64,000 nt of DNA from Cyanobacteria bacterium HKST-UBA04 (GTDB lineage Bacteria; Cyanobacteriota; Vampirovibrionia; Vampirovibrionales; JAGQHJ01): NCBI GenBank assembly GCA_020431915.1, contig JAGQHJ010000004.1, positions 18,393-82,392 of the forward strand. Reading direction: 5' to 3'. A model generated the notes under the pieces. It did not search any database, was not told the DNA's origin, and worked only from the letters and a program-made list of their open reading frames with translations. The translations under genes and the position numbers were made by a program. Below are positions 45,013 to 53,656 of the stretch, piece by piece (the first letter of the stretch is position 1; each line of letters begins with the position of its first letter).

Positions 45013-46506
45013 ATGACGGCTTCCCCTGCCCCCTCAACCGCCCTGGATCTGCACAAGCAGATACAATCCGGCCAACTGTCGGCCCAGGCGCTGCTTGAAC
45101 AGACGTTTAACGCCATTAAAGCCGTAGATGGCGATATTGACGGCTTTTTGCACCTGGCCGAAAACCAGGCCCAGCAAACGGCCGAGCAGGTCGACCAGGC
45201 CGTGGCAACCGGCCAACCCCTGCCCCTACTGGCCGGCGTCCCCATTGCCCTGAAAGACAACATCCACGTGCAAGGCGTGCGGTCCACTTGCGCCAGCCGC
45301 ATTCTGGAAAACTTTGTTGCCCCTTTTGACGCCACCGTTACCACCAAGCTAAACGCCCACATGCTGCCCATTGTGGGTAAAACCAACCTTGATGAATTCG
45401 CCATGGGCTCGAGCTGTGAAAACAGTGCCTACAAGCTCAGCAAAAACCCCTGGGATACAAGCCGGGTGCCGGGCGGCAGTTCCGGCGGATCGGCAGCCGT
45501 GGTGGCCAGCAACCAGGTGCCCCTGGCCTTGGGATCGGACACCGGCGGCAGTGTCCGCCTGCCAGCCGCCTTTTGTGCGTTGTACGGCATAAAGCCCACC
45601 TATGGCCGGGTGTCTCGGTACGGGCTGGTGGCCTATGGCAGCAGCCTGGATCAAATCTCGCCATTTGCCCGCACCACCAAAGACCTGGCGGCCTTGCTCA
45701 AGGTCATTGCCGGTTTCGACCCCATGGACTCGACGGCCCTGAGCGACGAGGTGCCCGATTACCTGGCCCTGTGCGACCAGCCGCCCAAGCAACTGAAGGT
45801 CGGGCTGGTTAAGGAATTGATGGACTCCGACGGTCTGCAGCCGGATATCAAGGCTGCCATCGACCAAAGCATCCAACACCTGGAAGGGTTGGGCGCCACC
45901 TTCCAGACCGTGTCCCTGCCGCACATCAACTATGCCGTGGCCTCGTACTACATTGTGGCCACCGCCGAAGCCAGCAGCAACCTGGCCCGCTACGACGGCG
46001 TTCGGTACGGGCTGCGTGCCGAAGAAGCCCAGGACATTTACCACCTCTTCACCCAAACCCGCGAACAAGGCTTTGGCACGGAAGTTAAGCGCCGCATTAT
46101 GCTGGGCACCTTTGCCCTCAGTTCCGGCTACTACGATGCCTACTACGGCAAGGCCCAGAAGGTTCGCCAGCTTATTCGCCAGGACTTCGAGACCGCTTTC
46201 GAGCAGGTCGATATCCTGCTTTGCCCGGCCGCCCCGTTTACCGCTTTCAAACTGGGCGAAAAGGTGGCCGACCCGGTACAAATGTACCTCACCGACATTG
46301 CCACGATCCCCGTTAACCTGGCTGGCATTCCGGGCCTCAGCTTCCCGGCCGGCTTTGATTCGAGCGGCCTGCCCATCGGCTTGCAATTGCTCGGGCCCCA
46401 TGGGGCGGAAGGCACCTTGTTTTCTGTTTCTCAAGCCCTGGAAACTGCCTCGGGCCTAAGCAACTGCCTACCAGACGTCTATAAACAGCAGGGCGTTGCG
46501 GTTTAG
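45013..46506 (+). CDS. gatA: Asp-tRNA(Asn)/Glu-tRNA(Gln) amidotransferase subunit A
   Basis: Amidase signature GGSSGGSAAVVA...GSDTGGSVRLPAAFC, at about 490 aa. Confidence 0.93.
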   Translation: MTASPAPSTALDLHKQIQSGQLSAQALLEQTFNAIKAVDGDIDGFLHLAENQAQQTAEQVDQAVATGQPLPLLAGVPIALKDNIHVQGVRSTCASRILENFVAPFDATVTTKLNAHMLPIVGKTNLDEFAMGSSCENSAYKLSKNPWDTSRVPGGSSGGSAAVVASNQVPLALGSDTGGSVRLPAAFCALYGIKPTYGRVSRYGLVAYGSSLDQISPFARTTKDLAALLKVIAGFDPMDSTALSDEVPDYLALCDQPPKQLKVGLVKELMDSDGLQPDIKAAIDQSIQHLEGLGATFQTVSLPHINYAVASYYIVATAEASSNLARYDGVRYGLRAEEAQDIYHLFTQTREQGFGTEVKRRIMLGTFALSSGYYDAYYGKAQKVRQLIRQDFETAFEQVDILLCPAAPFTAFKLGEKVADPVQMYLTDIATIPVNLAGIPGLSFPAGFDSSGLPIGLQLLGPHGAEGTLFSVSQALETASGLSNCLPDVYKQQGVAV

Positions 46507-46533
46507 CTTTAAGTAAGGCCCAGGGTTTCCGGC

Positions 46534-48801
46534 TTATCCGTGTAAATTTACCCGATGGCCCCCGCGCCGGGCATTGGCTTGGGCCGTGTTGTGCCGCACG
46601 CGCTCGTTGTTTTGCCGCATCTTTCTTTTTTGCTCCCGCCCGCTGCGCTTAAGGGCCTTGCCTCGTTGGATCCGCTCAAGGTCATTGGGTTGCGGGGCCG
46701 TCGGAGAATCGCTCAAGGTGTGGCGGCGATGACGGCTTCCTCTTAACGCCGCTTGCAGCTCGTCTGCCGTGGCACCGGGCACCATCGTCGAAAGCACAGC
46801 CATCATCGCCGGCATAAAGTTCGTAACCGGCCGGGCCGATGGCCGGGCAGGAACAGGGGTAGCGGTAGCAGCAGGGGGCGGCGCCTCGGTTTGAATCACG
46901 GGCACCGGGGGCACCGGCGGCGGATCCGTCACGGGATCGACAGCCCTATCGGGTTCGGAAACACCCCCGCCATCCGGCTGTAGTGGTTCGGTCTGATCGG
47001 TCGGCTCGGTCGTTTCGACGGCTTGTCTGGGCTGTTCGACAAGCCGTCGTTCGGTAAGCTGCCGAGCGGTTCTATCGGAGAACTCGGCCAGTTGCCGCTC
47101 CAGTGGGCTCACCAGTGCCGACGCCACGCCATCTCCACGGGTATAACCCTGGACCACCGCCTCAGGAATTTGATGCACCTCAGGAATCTCAAGCGCAACA
47201 GGCTCCAGAGACCGTGGCGGGCGGGGCGGGCCCGCCAATTCGGTAGTGGACGTGTCTTCTGGTGGTGGCAATGACGCCGGTTCTGGAGACAGCCCGGTAG
47301 GCGGCTCGGTGGGCAATTCTGGGGCAGGCGGTTCAGCCGCCGGGAACGATCCCGTCAAGGGCTCGTTCAGGCCGGTTTCGTATACCAGAACACCGGGGCC
47401 TTGGGTCAGGCGCAGCAACAGCCCCTGGGTACCGGACAAATCGTGATCATCGAGGGCCTGCCAGGTTGGGTTGCTTTGGCCGCTGTCGTCCATCCAGACA
47501 CGCCCGTCGCGATAGACCAACCCAATAAGCTGGGCCGGTTGGTCCGTGCTGGCAATAATATAGCGTCTGCCGGCTTGAAGCCCTTCGCGTATCGTCCGGC
47601 TCACGTCCGTGCGGGTGTTGGTGTCAAGCACCAGTTCACGAGCCGACGAATCCAGGCTGCTGAGAGCCAACCATAAGCCGCTGGGGGTAAAGCCGTCCGG
47701 CTCGGTCAGTGCCAACCGACCACGCCATCTGGCCCCCAGCGCTGTCTGGTAGGCCGTTTGTAACTCGTCTGCCCCCATGGCGGCCCGGGTGTTTCGTCCG
47801 ATGGCCTGCTGGTAGCGCAATGCAGCCCCCGCGCTACTGCTTAAAGTACGGGCCGAGTATTGGGCCGTTGCCCCGGCGGATCGGTTCGTTGAGACCTCGA
47901 ACGTCGACGTGGGTTGGGCCACCATGCCGTCAAACAAGGGCCCCATGGCCTCTATCAGGTTACGGGCTTCGGTCGTATAAGTCCCATGGCGCTGGGTATT
48001 GGCCGAAGCCAGCAGGGTTTGGAACGGGGAAGCCATGGCCGGCAGGGTTAGCGGGGTGGCAATCGGGGCCGTCGGGACCGTTTCGGCAGGTGCTTCGCTT
48101 CGGCTTGCCGTACTTGTCGCAGGAGATCCCGTGTCTGGACCACCCAGCCCCACAAGACGGCGGGCACCAGCCACCAGCCCATGCCAGCGATCCCGAAGGC
48201 TGCGACGCGGTGAAACTGGGGTTGGGGTCGGTGTGGGCGCAGCTCGGCGACTGGTTCCACCGCCACTACCACCGCTGCCATACAGCTTGGCCGTGGCCTT
48301 ACGCGCCTCGGCCCGCTGTTTCTTACGGGCCGCCTGTTGGGGGGTTTGCCCATGCGGCCGCGCCGACGAGGTATCCGCCGATCGGGCAGCGACCGGCTTG
48401 TCCAGGCTAACCGGAACCGGGCCGGAAGGTTTGGCCGGGGCCGACTTCTTGGCGTCCCGGCGGGTAAACAGCCCCGACAAGGAAGCCCACAATTGGCCGA
48501 ACCAATGCATCAGGCGCTGCCAAAACGATTGAGGCGCACCGCCCCGTCGTGGTTTGGTGCCGGGCCGACGGGTAGACGGGGTAGACGGGGCCGTTTGGCG
48601 GCCAAACGTCACCTGGTCCGTACGCGGGTGGGCCCATGGCGAAACACCCCCCGGCGAAACACCCCCAGGCGATCCAGCCTGTGGATCCGGGGACGGCTGA
48701 CAGGCCGACGGCGTATGGCGCGGTTGTATCCGAAAGTCAGACATAGACTGTAAATGCTTGGCTAGTGCAAGCTTCCCCCTATTAATGTCAACGATTGGCA
48801 T
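46534..48801 (-). CDS. large hypothetical protein with Pro/Arg/Ala-rich disordered flanks and a central globular domain
   Basis: 755 aa. Low-complexity N- and C-terminal thirds (GGVSPGGVSP, PPPVPPVPV, a basic tail). The central segment of about 230 aa (SPFQTLLASANTQRHG...LVYETGLNEP) shows normal composition. No family recognised. Confidence 0.5.
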   Translation of the reverse strand: MPIVDINRGKLALAKHLQSMSDFRIQPRHTPSACQPSPDPQAGSPGGVSPGGVSPWAHPRTDQVTFGRQTAPSTPSTRRPGTKPRRGGAPQSFWQRLMHWFGQLWASLSGLFTRRDAKKSAPAKPSGPVPVSLDKPVAARSADTSSARPHGQTPQQAARKKQRAEARKATAKLYGSGGSGGGTSRRAAPTPTPTPVSPRRSLRDRWHGLVAGARRLVGLGGPDTGSPATSTASRSEAPAETVPTAPIATPLTLPAMASPFQTLLASANTQRHGTYTTEARNLIEAMGPLFDGMVAQPTSTFEVSTNRSAGATAQYSARTLSSSAGAALRYQQAIGRNTRAAMGADELQTAYQTALGARWRGRLALTEPDGFTPSGLWLALSSLDSSARELVLDTNTRTDVSRTIREGLQAGRRYIIASTDQPAQLIGLVYRDGRVWMDDSGQSNPTWQALDDHDLSGTQGLLLRLTQGPGVLVYETGLNEPLTGSFPAAEPPAPELPTEPPTGLSPEPASLPPPEDTSTTELAGPPRPPRSLEPVALEIPEVHQIPEAVVQGYTRGDGVASALVSPLERQLAEFSDRTARQLTERRLVEQPRQAVETTEPTDQTEPLQPDGGGVSEPDRAVDPVTDPPPVPPVPVIQTEAPPPAATATPVPARPSARPVTNFMPAMMAVLSTMVPGATADELQAALRGSRHRRHTLSDSPTAPQPNDLERIQRGKALKRSGREQKRKMRQNNERVRHNTAQANARRGGHRVNLHG

Positions 48802-48899
48802 GGCTTTTCTGGGCAGGGCTTTTCTCTGGGTAGCGAATAAATACCCCTAAAGGACAATCGTTGCCGCCAACCGGCCTGTTTGTAACACACTGCTTAACA

Positions 48900-48951
48900 C
48901 CTGCAAAAGGCCCCTGCAAAAGGCCCCTGCAAAAGATCCATGCAAAAGACC
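48900..48951. repeat. tandem 13-bp repeat CCTGCAAAAGGCC x4
   Basis: cctgcaaaaggcc / cctgcaaaaggcc / cctgcaaaagatc / catgcaaaagacc, read directly. It lies in the divergent intergenic region between the 755-aa gene and truB. Confidence 0.9.
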
Positions 48952-49039
48952 AGAGAGACCCCTTTTTGCTAAGATGGGGGTCTTGCGCCATGGCCCAAGC
49001 AACCGGCAAGCGCCCGTTTCATTAAGTAGAAGTCCACGT

Positions 49040-49957
49040 ATGTCTTTATCTGACCAGCCTTTTGGCATTGTTAATGTCCACAAACCCTTGCATTGTACGT
49101 CGCATGACGTGGTCGCCCGCCTGCGAAAATGCTACAACCTAAAGAAGGTCGGCCATGCCGGTACCCTCGATCCGCTGGCCGAAGGGGTGCTTCCGGTCTG
49201 CGTGGGGCAGGCCACCCGCTTGATTGAGTATTTGCCTTCCGACAAGCGCTACCGGGCCCATATTACCTTTGGGGCCGTTACCACCACCTGGGACGCCGAG
49301 GCCGACCCCTTGCACCCTGTTGACGCAAGCCACCTGACCCGTGAAGCGGTTGAAACCCTTCTCAAGGCCTTTGTCGGAACCATCGAGCAAACGGTCCCCC
49401 CGCATGCCGCCGTCCATGTGAACGGTAAAAAGCTGTATGAGCTGACCCGGCAGGGTAAAACCGTCGATTTACCTGTCCGGCAGGCGACCCTGTATGCCGT
49501 GACGCTGATTGACTGGCTCGATGGCACAACACCGACGCCCACGGCAGTGGTGGAGGTCCATTGTGCCAGCGGCACGTATATTCGAAGCCTGGCCTGGGCA
49601 CTGGGCCAGCAAGCCGGCACCGGGGCCTATTTAAGTGGCCTGGTTCGAACCGCCCATGGAGCCTTTTGCCTTGAAGAAGCCGTCAAGCTGGACGAATTAA
49701 CCCAGCACCCCAACCCAACACAGTTTTTATGCGATCCGACCACCTATCTGCCCTTTGAAACGCTGGTTTTAACCCCTCAACAGGCCCAAAAATTACGTCA
49801 CGGCCAAAAATTGCTTGAACAGGAGCTGGCCAACCAGCCCTTAAAGCGAAAACAGCACTACGTACTTCAATCCGGCACGGAACACCCCGAACTGGTGGGT
49901 ATTGGGGTGGCCGAGGCCAATGCGCGCCTTAAACCCCTAAAAATCCTGGCCTACTAA
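49040..49957 (+). CDS. truB: tRNA pseudouridine(55) synthase
   Basis: GIVNVHKPLHCTSHDVV...KVGHAGTLDPLAEGVLPVCVGQATRL (catalytic Asp motif). The start is at the internal ATG at 49040. Confidence 0.9.
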   Translation: MSLSDQPFGIVNVHKPLHCTSHDVVARLRKCYNLKKVGHAGTLDPLAEGVLPVCVGQATRLIEYLPSDKRYRAHITFGAVTTTWDAEADPLHPVDASHLTREAVETLLKAFVGTIEQTVPPHAAVHVNGKKLYELTRQGKTVDLPVRQATLYAVTLIDWLDGTTPTPTAVVEVHCASGTYIRSLAWALGQQAGTGAYLSGLVRTAHGAFCLEEAVKLDELTQHPNPTQFLCDPTTYLPFETLVLTPQQAQKLRHGQKLLEQELANQPLKRKQHYVLQSGTEHPELVGIGVAEANARLKPLKILAY

Positions 49958-50128
49958 TATATTAAAGATATAATACTAACTTTTGTAAAAATCCGGGGGG
50001 CTGACCCGCTCAAGCGGCAATTTTTGGCCTCTTTTCGTTTTTATACCCATGAGGGGACCTATATCCTTTTCAACCTCAACCGCCATGTAGTAAAGAAGAC
50101 GACTAGAGTTTTAGGGTAACACCGGCTT

Positions 50129-50401
50129 ATGATCACGTACGCAGCAGACGAAAAACGGCCTTCGAAGCCTGTGCTGTTTCTTCAAATGGTGATGCAGGCC
50201 TTTGAACGGAACAACCCAGGACTTGAGTTTGTCGGCCGGATCATGGAACTGGTACAGTTTTACACAAACTATACAAGCAACCAGAAACTCCACCGTTTTC
50301 GCCATATGATGTACCGGCAACAGATGAACCGTATGGAAGAATTCGTCTCGGAACGGACTATCTATCACTATCGCGGTAACAAAATGGACCGTAAATTCTA
50401 A
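50129..50401 (+). CDS. hypothetical small protein
   Basis: A 90-aa ORF in an AT-rich patch. The plus frame is preferred over the fully overlapping minus ORF (50111..50413) on residue composition only. Confidence 0.3.
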   Translation: MITYAADEKRPSKPVLFLQMVMQAFERNNPGLEFVGRIMELVQFYTNYTSNQKLHRFRHMMYRQQMNRMEEFVSERTIYHYRGNKMDRKF

Positions 50402-50511
50402 TCCCGCTGTCAAAAAAAGTGTTGAGCGGGTTTTATAACCTTATAGAAGACCATAACTGTAGTATTTTTACGCCTTTTTAGACTTTTTCGGGGGAAATCA
50501 ACAGAAAGCCT

Positions 50512-50841
50512 ATGACCTACGGGGGCTCACTTGCAACTGCACTCTTCTACCAGCGGGAATCTGCCCTGCTGGAGAATCAGGCTAATGTGCTGCAAGACCG
50601 CATTTATCGCAACCATACCCAGATTTCCAACATGGAAACGACGGCGATTAACTACAACGCCGGTTCGCCCCAGCTCAGGCAATTGCACGCCCAAATTACC
50701 CAACTACGGCACGTCGAAGCCTATTTCCAACGGCAACTGTCCATTGTCAGCAAAAAGATGGAAATGGCCGAGAAAAACGAAGAGCAATGGATGCAGCGTG
50801 CCAGCAAGTACCTCGAGCGTATGTCAAAACTCATCACGTAG
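50512..50841 (+). CDS. hypothetical coiled-coil protein
   Basis: 109 aa with heptad-like Q/L/E/R-rich sequence (LLENQANVLQDRIYRNHTQISNMETT...). No family recognised. Confidence 0.4.
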   Translation: MTYGGSLATALFYQRESALLENQANVLQDRIYRNHTQISNMETTAINYNAGSPQLRQLHAQITQLRHVEAYFQRQLSIVSKKMEMAEKNEEQWMQRASKYLERMSKLIT

Positions 50842-51029
50842 TCGGCGGCGGCTTATTTAAGCCCCAAATGATTGTTATTACAGGCGAACAAATTTATTTA
50901 GGACTCCCGGCAAGCTGGGCTCGGCAGGCCGATTGGGGTATGATACGGGCACGCCCCTTGCCTTGTTGAAAGCGGGGGATCGCGGTTGCAAACCACCCCC
51001 TGCTGGGCACTAAGGACACCCCACCCCCG

Positions 51030-51701
51030 ATGTTTCACGGCCTGTACCAAAAAAAACAGCAGCACCAGGACGCCGAAATCTGCGATACCTTCGGCTGGCC
51101 ACCGATGTATCGGTTCCGGCTGCCCGACGAGCATGTCAGTGCCCCCCAGAACTTCGACTTTGAAATCGGCCTGGAGAGCCAGCCTTCGCGATCCCTGACC
51201 ATGGCCCAGATTAAGGCCATGCCCACGTCAACGGAAATGCGACTGATTGCCAGCCGTTTTGGCTGGGCCTACCGGGCAAACTGGAGCTGTATCACCTTCC
51301 AGACCCTCTTCAGCCTGTTCAGCAACCCCAACATGTACGAATGGGTCCAGATGACCTCGCTTAACCACCAGCGCATGATCATCCGGCGCGATCAGTTAAG
51401 CCAATGGCGTTTGATATACGCATGCAACAACCAACCCCTCACCCCCCTGTACGGCGGCCCGTTGTGGATGCATAACTTCGACCATTACGTCGAGTACGGC
51501 TTCAACCATATCCAAAGCCTCAAACTGCTGCAAACCACCCCGGACATTCCCAGCAACGCGTCGTGCAAACACTCCTGGTTCCACGCCGAAACCCTGGGCT
51601 ACAAGTTATCCGATGACGACTGCCGAATCGCAGCCGGCACGTACTACGCCATCCATGAAGAAAAGCTGGTGGAACTGGGGCACCTGGGCAAAAAACTTTA
51701 A
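51030..51701 (+). CDS. hypothetical protein with a degenerate molybdopterin-oxidoreductase (sulfite oxidase/YedY-like) domain pattern
   Basis: The pattern FDFEIGLESQPSRSLTMAQIKAMP ... FGWAYRANWSCITFQTLF ... NNQPLTPLYGGPLWMHNFDHYVEYGFNHIQSLKLL parallels the W.l.v.G...lt..dL..lp / hCV.gWs..a.W.G / G.pL....GgP.RlvvP..yg.ks.KWl. template as I remember it. The Mo-ligand Cys position appears substituted. Confidence 0.4.
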   Translation: MFHGLYQKKQQHQDAEICDTFGWPPMYRFRLPDEHVSAPQNFDFEIGLESQPSRSLTMAQIKAMPTSTEMRLIASRFGWAYRANWSCITFQTLFSLFSNPNMYEWVQMTSLNHQRMIIRRDQLSQWRLIYACNNQPLTPLYGGPLWMHNFDHYVEYGFNHIQSLKLLQTTPDIPSNASCKHSWFHAETLGYKLSDDDCRIAAGTYYAIHEEKLVELGHLGKKL

Positions 51702-51789
51702 GACCGCCTTAAAACCTTTCCTGCCCAAGTGCGTCTTCTCTTCTACTGTGTCACGCCCCCTCCTCATTTCCCATGATTCTGGTTTTGTT

Positions 51790-52800
51790 ATGACTTTCTG
51801 CAGCCCCTTTATGATGACCCCCCGGCCTTCAGCCACCACCGCCCGGCAACGACCAGGACTGCTGGTCGTGTCGGTAGTCGCAGGACTGCTGGTTGTTTTG
51901 GCGGCGGTTTACGATTGCCCCGAGGCAGCCGCCTTTACCAAGGTCGATGACGTCATTGAACTGGACAAACCCGAGGCAGACAAACAGAACGTGAAGCTGA
52001 ACAAACCCCTCGAGCAGCTTGCCAACCCCCTGCAGTCCAACTACGCCCAAACCCAAACCATTACGGTACAAGACAAACTGAACCTGGACATGCTCTGGAG
52101 TGGTATTGTCGATGGCAACCCGATCCTGCAGTTTGGCATCAAGCGGCTGGCCACCCCGCCCGAACTGCGCGATGCCCACAACAGCGTAATGAGCCGGGCT
52201 TTGGGCAGCATGATTAGCGGGGTGGGCATGTTGCCCTACGCCTTTGGGGCCGGGCCGGGTTCGGCCAGCGGGGCTGTGGTGGGATCAAGCCTGTTGAACC
52301 GTGCCTTGTTTAAGGTGGACGAAGCCGAACTGCGCGAACTACCCACTGACCGCGAACTGGTGGAACTAAGCAGCCTGATCCAGGAACTGCAACAGAACCT
52401 GGTCCTGAATTATTTTGCCTACAAGGGGGCCCTGTGGCAGGTTGAAGCCCTGAAAATCCAGTCGCGCCAAACCTTCGACAATGCCGGCTCCGATGACCAG
52501 ATCCCCTCGCTGGCCGGTTATGTGGCCGCCAACAACGAGGTCGACTACCAAATGGCCCTGGTGACCGCCCGACATCGGCTGGTGATGCTGGAGCGCCTGG
52601 TCAGCCCGGAGGTCATCAGTAAATTGCGCTTTACCGATGACCCCACCGATGCCTATACCCCCGAAGCCGCCACCCAACCTGCTGCAAGCAGCCACCCGGC
52701 CACCATGGCAGACGGGCCCGCCTCAGGTCTTGCCCATCCCTTTGGCCCGTCAGGCCCGACTATAGAAACAGGCGCTTCCCAGGAGCATGGCGATGAGTAA
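51790..52800 (+). CDS. hypothetical membrane-anchored helical protein, tandem paralog 1 (TolC-like N-terminal motif)
   Basis: Start set at the ATG at 51790, after the upstream gene ends. TM anchor LLVVSVVAGLLVVLAAV. LNLDMLWSGIVDGNPILQ and TDRELVELSSLIQELQQNLVLNYFAYKG align with the next gene. Confidence 0.5.
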   Translation: MTFCSPFMMTPRPSATTARQRPGLLVVSVVAGLLVVLAAVYDCPEAAAFTKVDDVIELDKPEADKQNVKLNKPLEQLANPLQSNYAQTQTITVQDKLNLDMLWSGIVDGNPILQFGIKRLATPPELRDAHNSVMSRALGSMISGVGMLPYAFGAGPGSASGAVVGSSLLNRALFKVDEAELRELPTDRELVELSSLIQELQQNLVLNYFAYKGALWQVEALKIQSRQTFDNAGSDDQIPSLAGYVAANNEVDYQMALVTARHRLVMLERLVSPEVISKLRFTDDPTDAYTPEAATQPAASSHPATMADGPASGLAHPFGPSGPTIETGASQEHGDE

Positions 52801-53656
52801 CCGTAATCGAATCCATCACGGCATTCTATTGGCCGCGTTGGTCGGCAGTTTCTGGATGATGATGGCCACACCGGCCCGGTGCTTGGCCAGCGAGCTGCAA
52901 ACCATCCATGAGGCATTGGCCGTGCAGGATGCCGAACAAACCCAGCGACAAATGACCCATTTGGATTTGCTGTGGCGCCATGCCCTGCAACATAACCCGT
53001 CCGTTATTTTAGCCTTGGAAAAACTTTCGGAAAAAGCCGAGGAAGGGTCGAGCGGCACGCGAAAAAAACAATTCGCCTCCAACATGGTCAAGCAAATGGT
53101 CAGCCTTGGCGGGCTGGGCAGCTCCATTGCCCTTGGCTCGCCCGTACCGATGATCGGGTCGAGTATTTTCGGTAACTTTGCGGGGCTAACCGACGCACAA
53201 AAAAACCTGAACCACATTACCCCGACCGACATGGTGCTGCTGGCCCGCGAGATCAGCCACATTCAGTCGGAAATTGTCGAGCAGTACCTGGCTTATCGGC
53301 AAAGCATGCAGGAGGTCGGCTATTATGAGCAGCTGGCCAACCAACTCCACAAGAAAATGGCCGTGGCCAAAATATCAGGCCTCCGACCGGACGGCACCCA
53401 GGCCGATCCGTATTACGATCAACTGCACGCCTGGTGGCTCGACAGCCAGTTTAAGCAGGTACAGGCCCAAACCCGACTGAAGTCGGCCCGGCAGGTGCTG
53501 ATGTGGACCTGCGGCGTCGACGCCCTGCACGAGCTGGACAAACACCTGGCCAAGGATCCGACGATGGCCCCCCGCACAACGGACACCGATGGCCAAGCCA
53601 CACGCCATGCGCCCGTTGACCCCCCCACAGTGGGTATGGTTGAATCACAACTATGA
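52787..53656 (+). CDS. hypothetical membrane-anchored helical protein, tandem paralog 2
   Basis: Signal/anchor ILLAALVGSFWMMMA. THLDLLWRHALQHNPSVI and TDMVLLAREISHIQSEIVEQYLAYRQ align with paralog 1. It overlaps its neighbours by 14 nt and 4 nt. Confidence 0.5.
   Translation: MAMSNRNRIHHGILLAALVGSFWMMMATPARCLASELQTIHEALAVQDAEQTQRQMTHLDLLWRHALQHNPSVILALEKLSEKAEEGSSGTRKKQFASNMVKQMVSLGGLGSSIALGSPVPMIGSSIFGNFAGLTDAQKNLNHITPTDMVLLAREISHIQSEIVEQYLAYRQSMQEVGYYEQLANQLHKKMAVAKISGLRPDGTQADPYYDQLHAWWLDSQFKQVQAQTRLKSARQVLMWTCGVDALHELDKHLAKDPTMAPRTTDTDGQATRHAPVDPPTVGMVESQL

Noticed and set aside
50111-50413. Minus-strand 100-aa ORF fully overlapping the plus-strand 90-aa ORF 50129..50401
   Set aside because: Only one of the two can plausibly be coding. 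The minus-frame product is Cys/His/Val/Phe-rich with no start context. I kept the plus-frame ORF, but only at low confidence.
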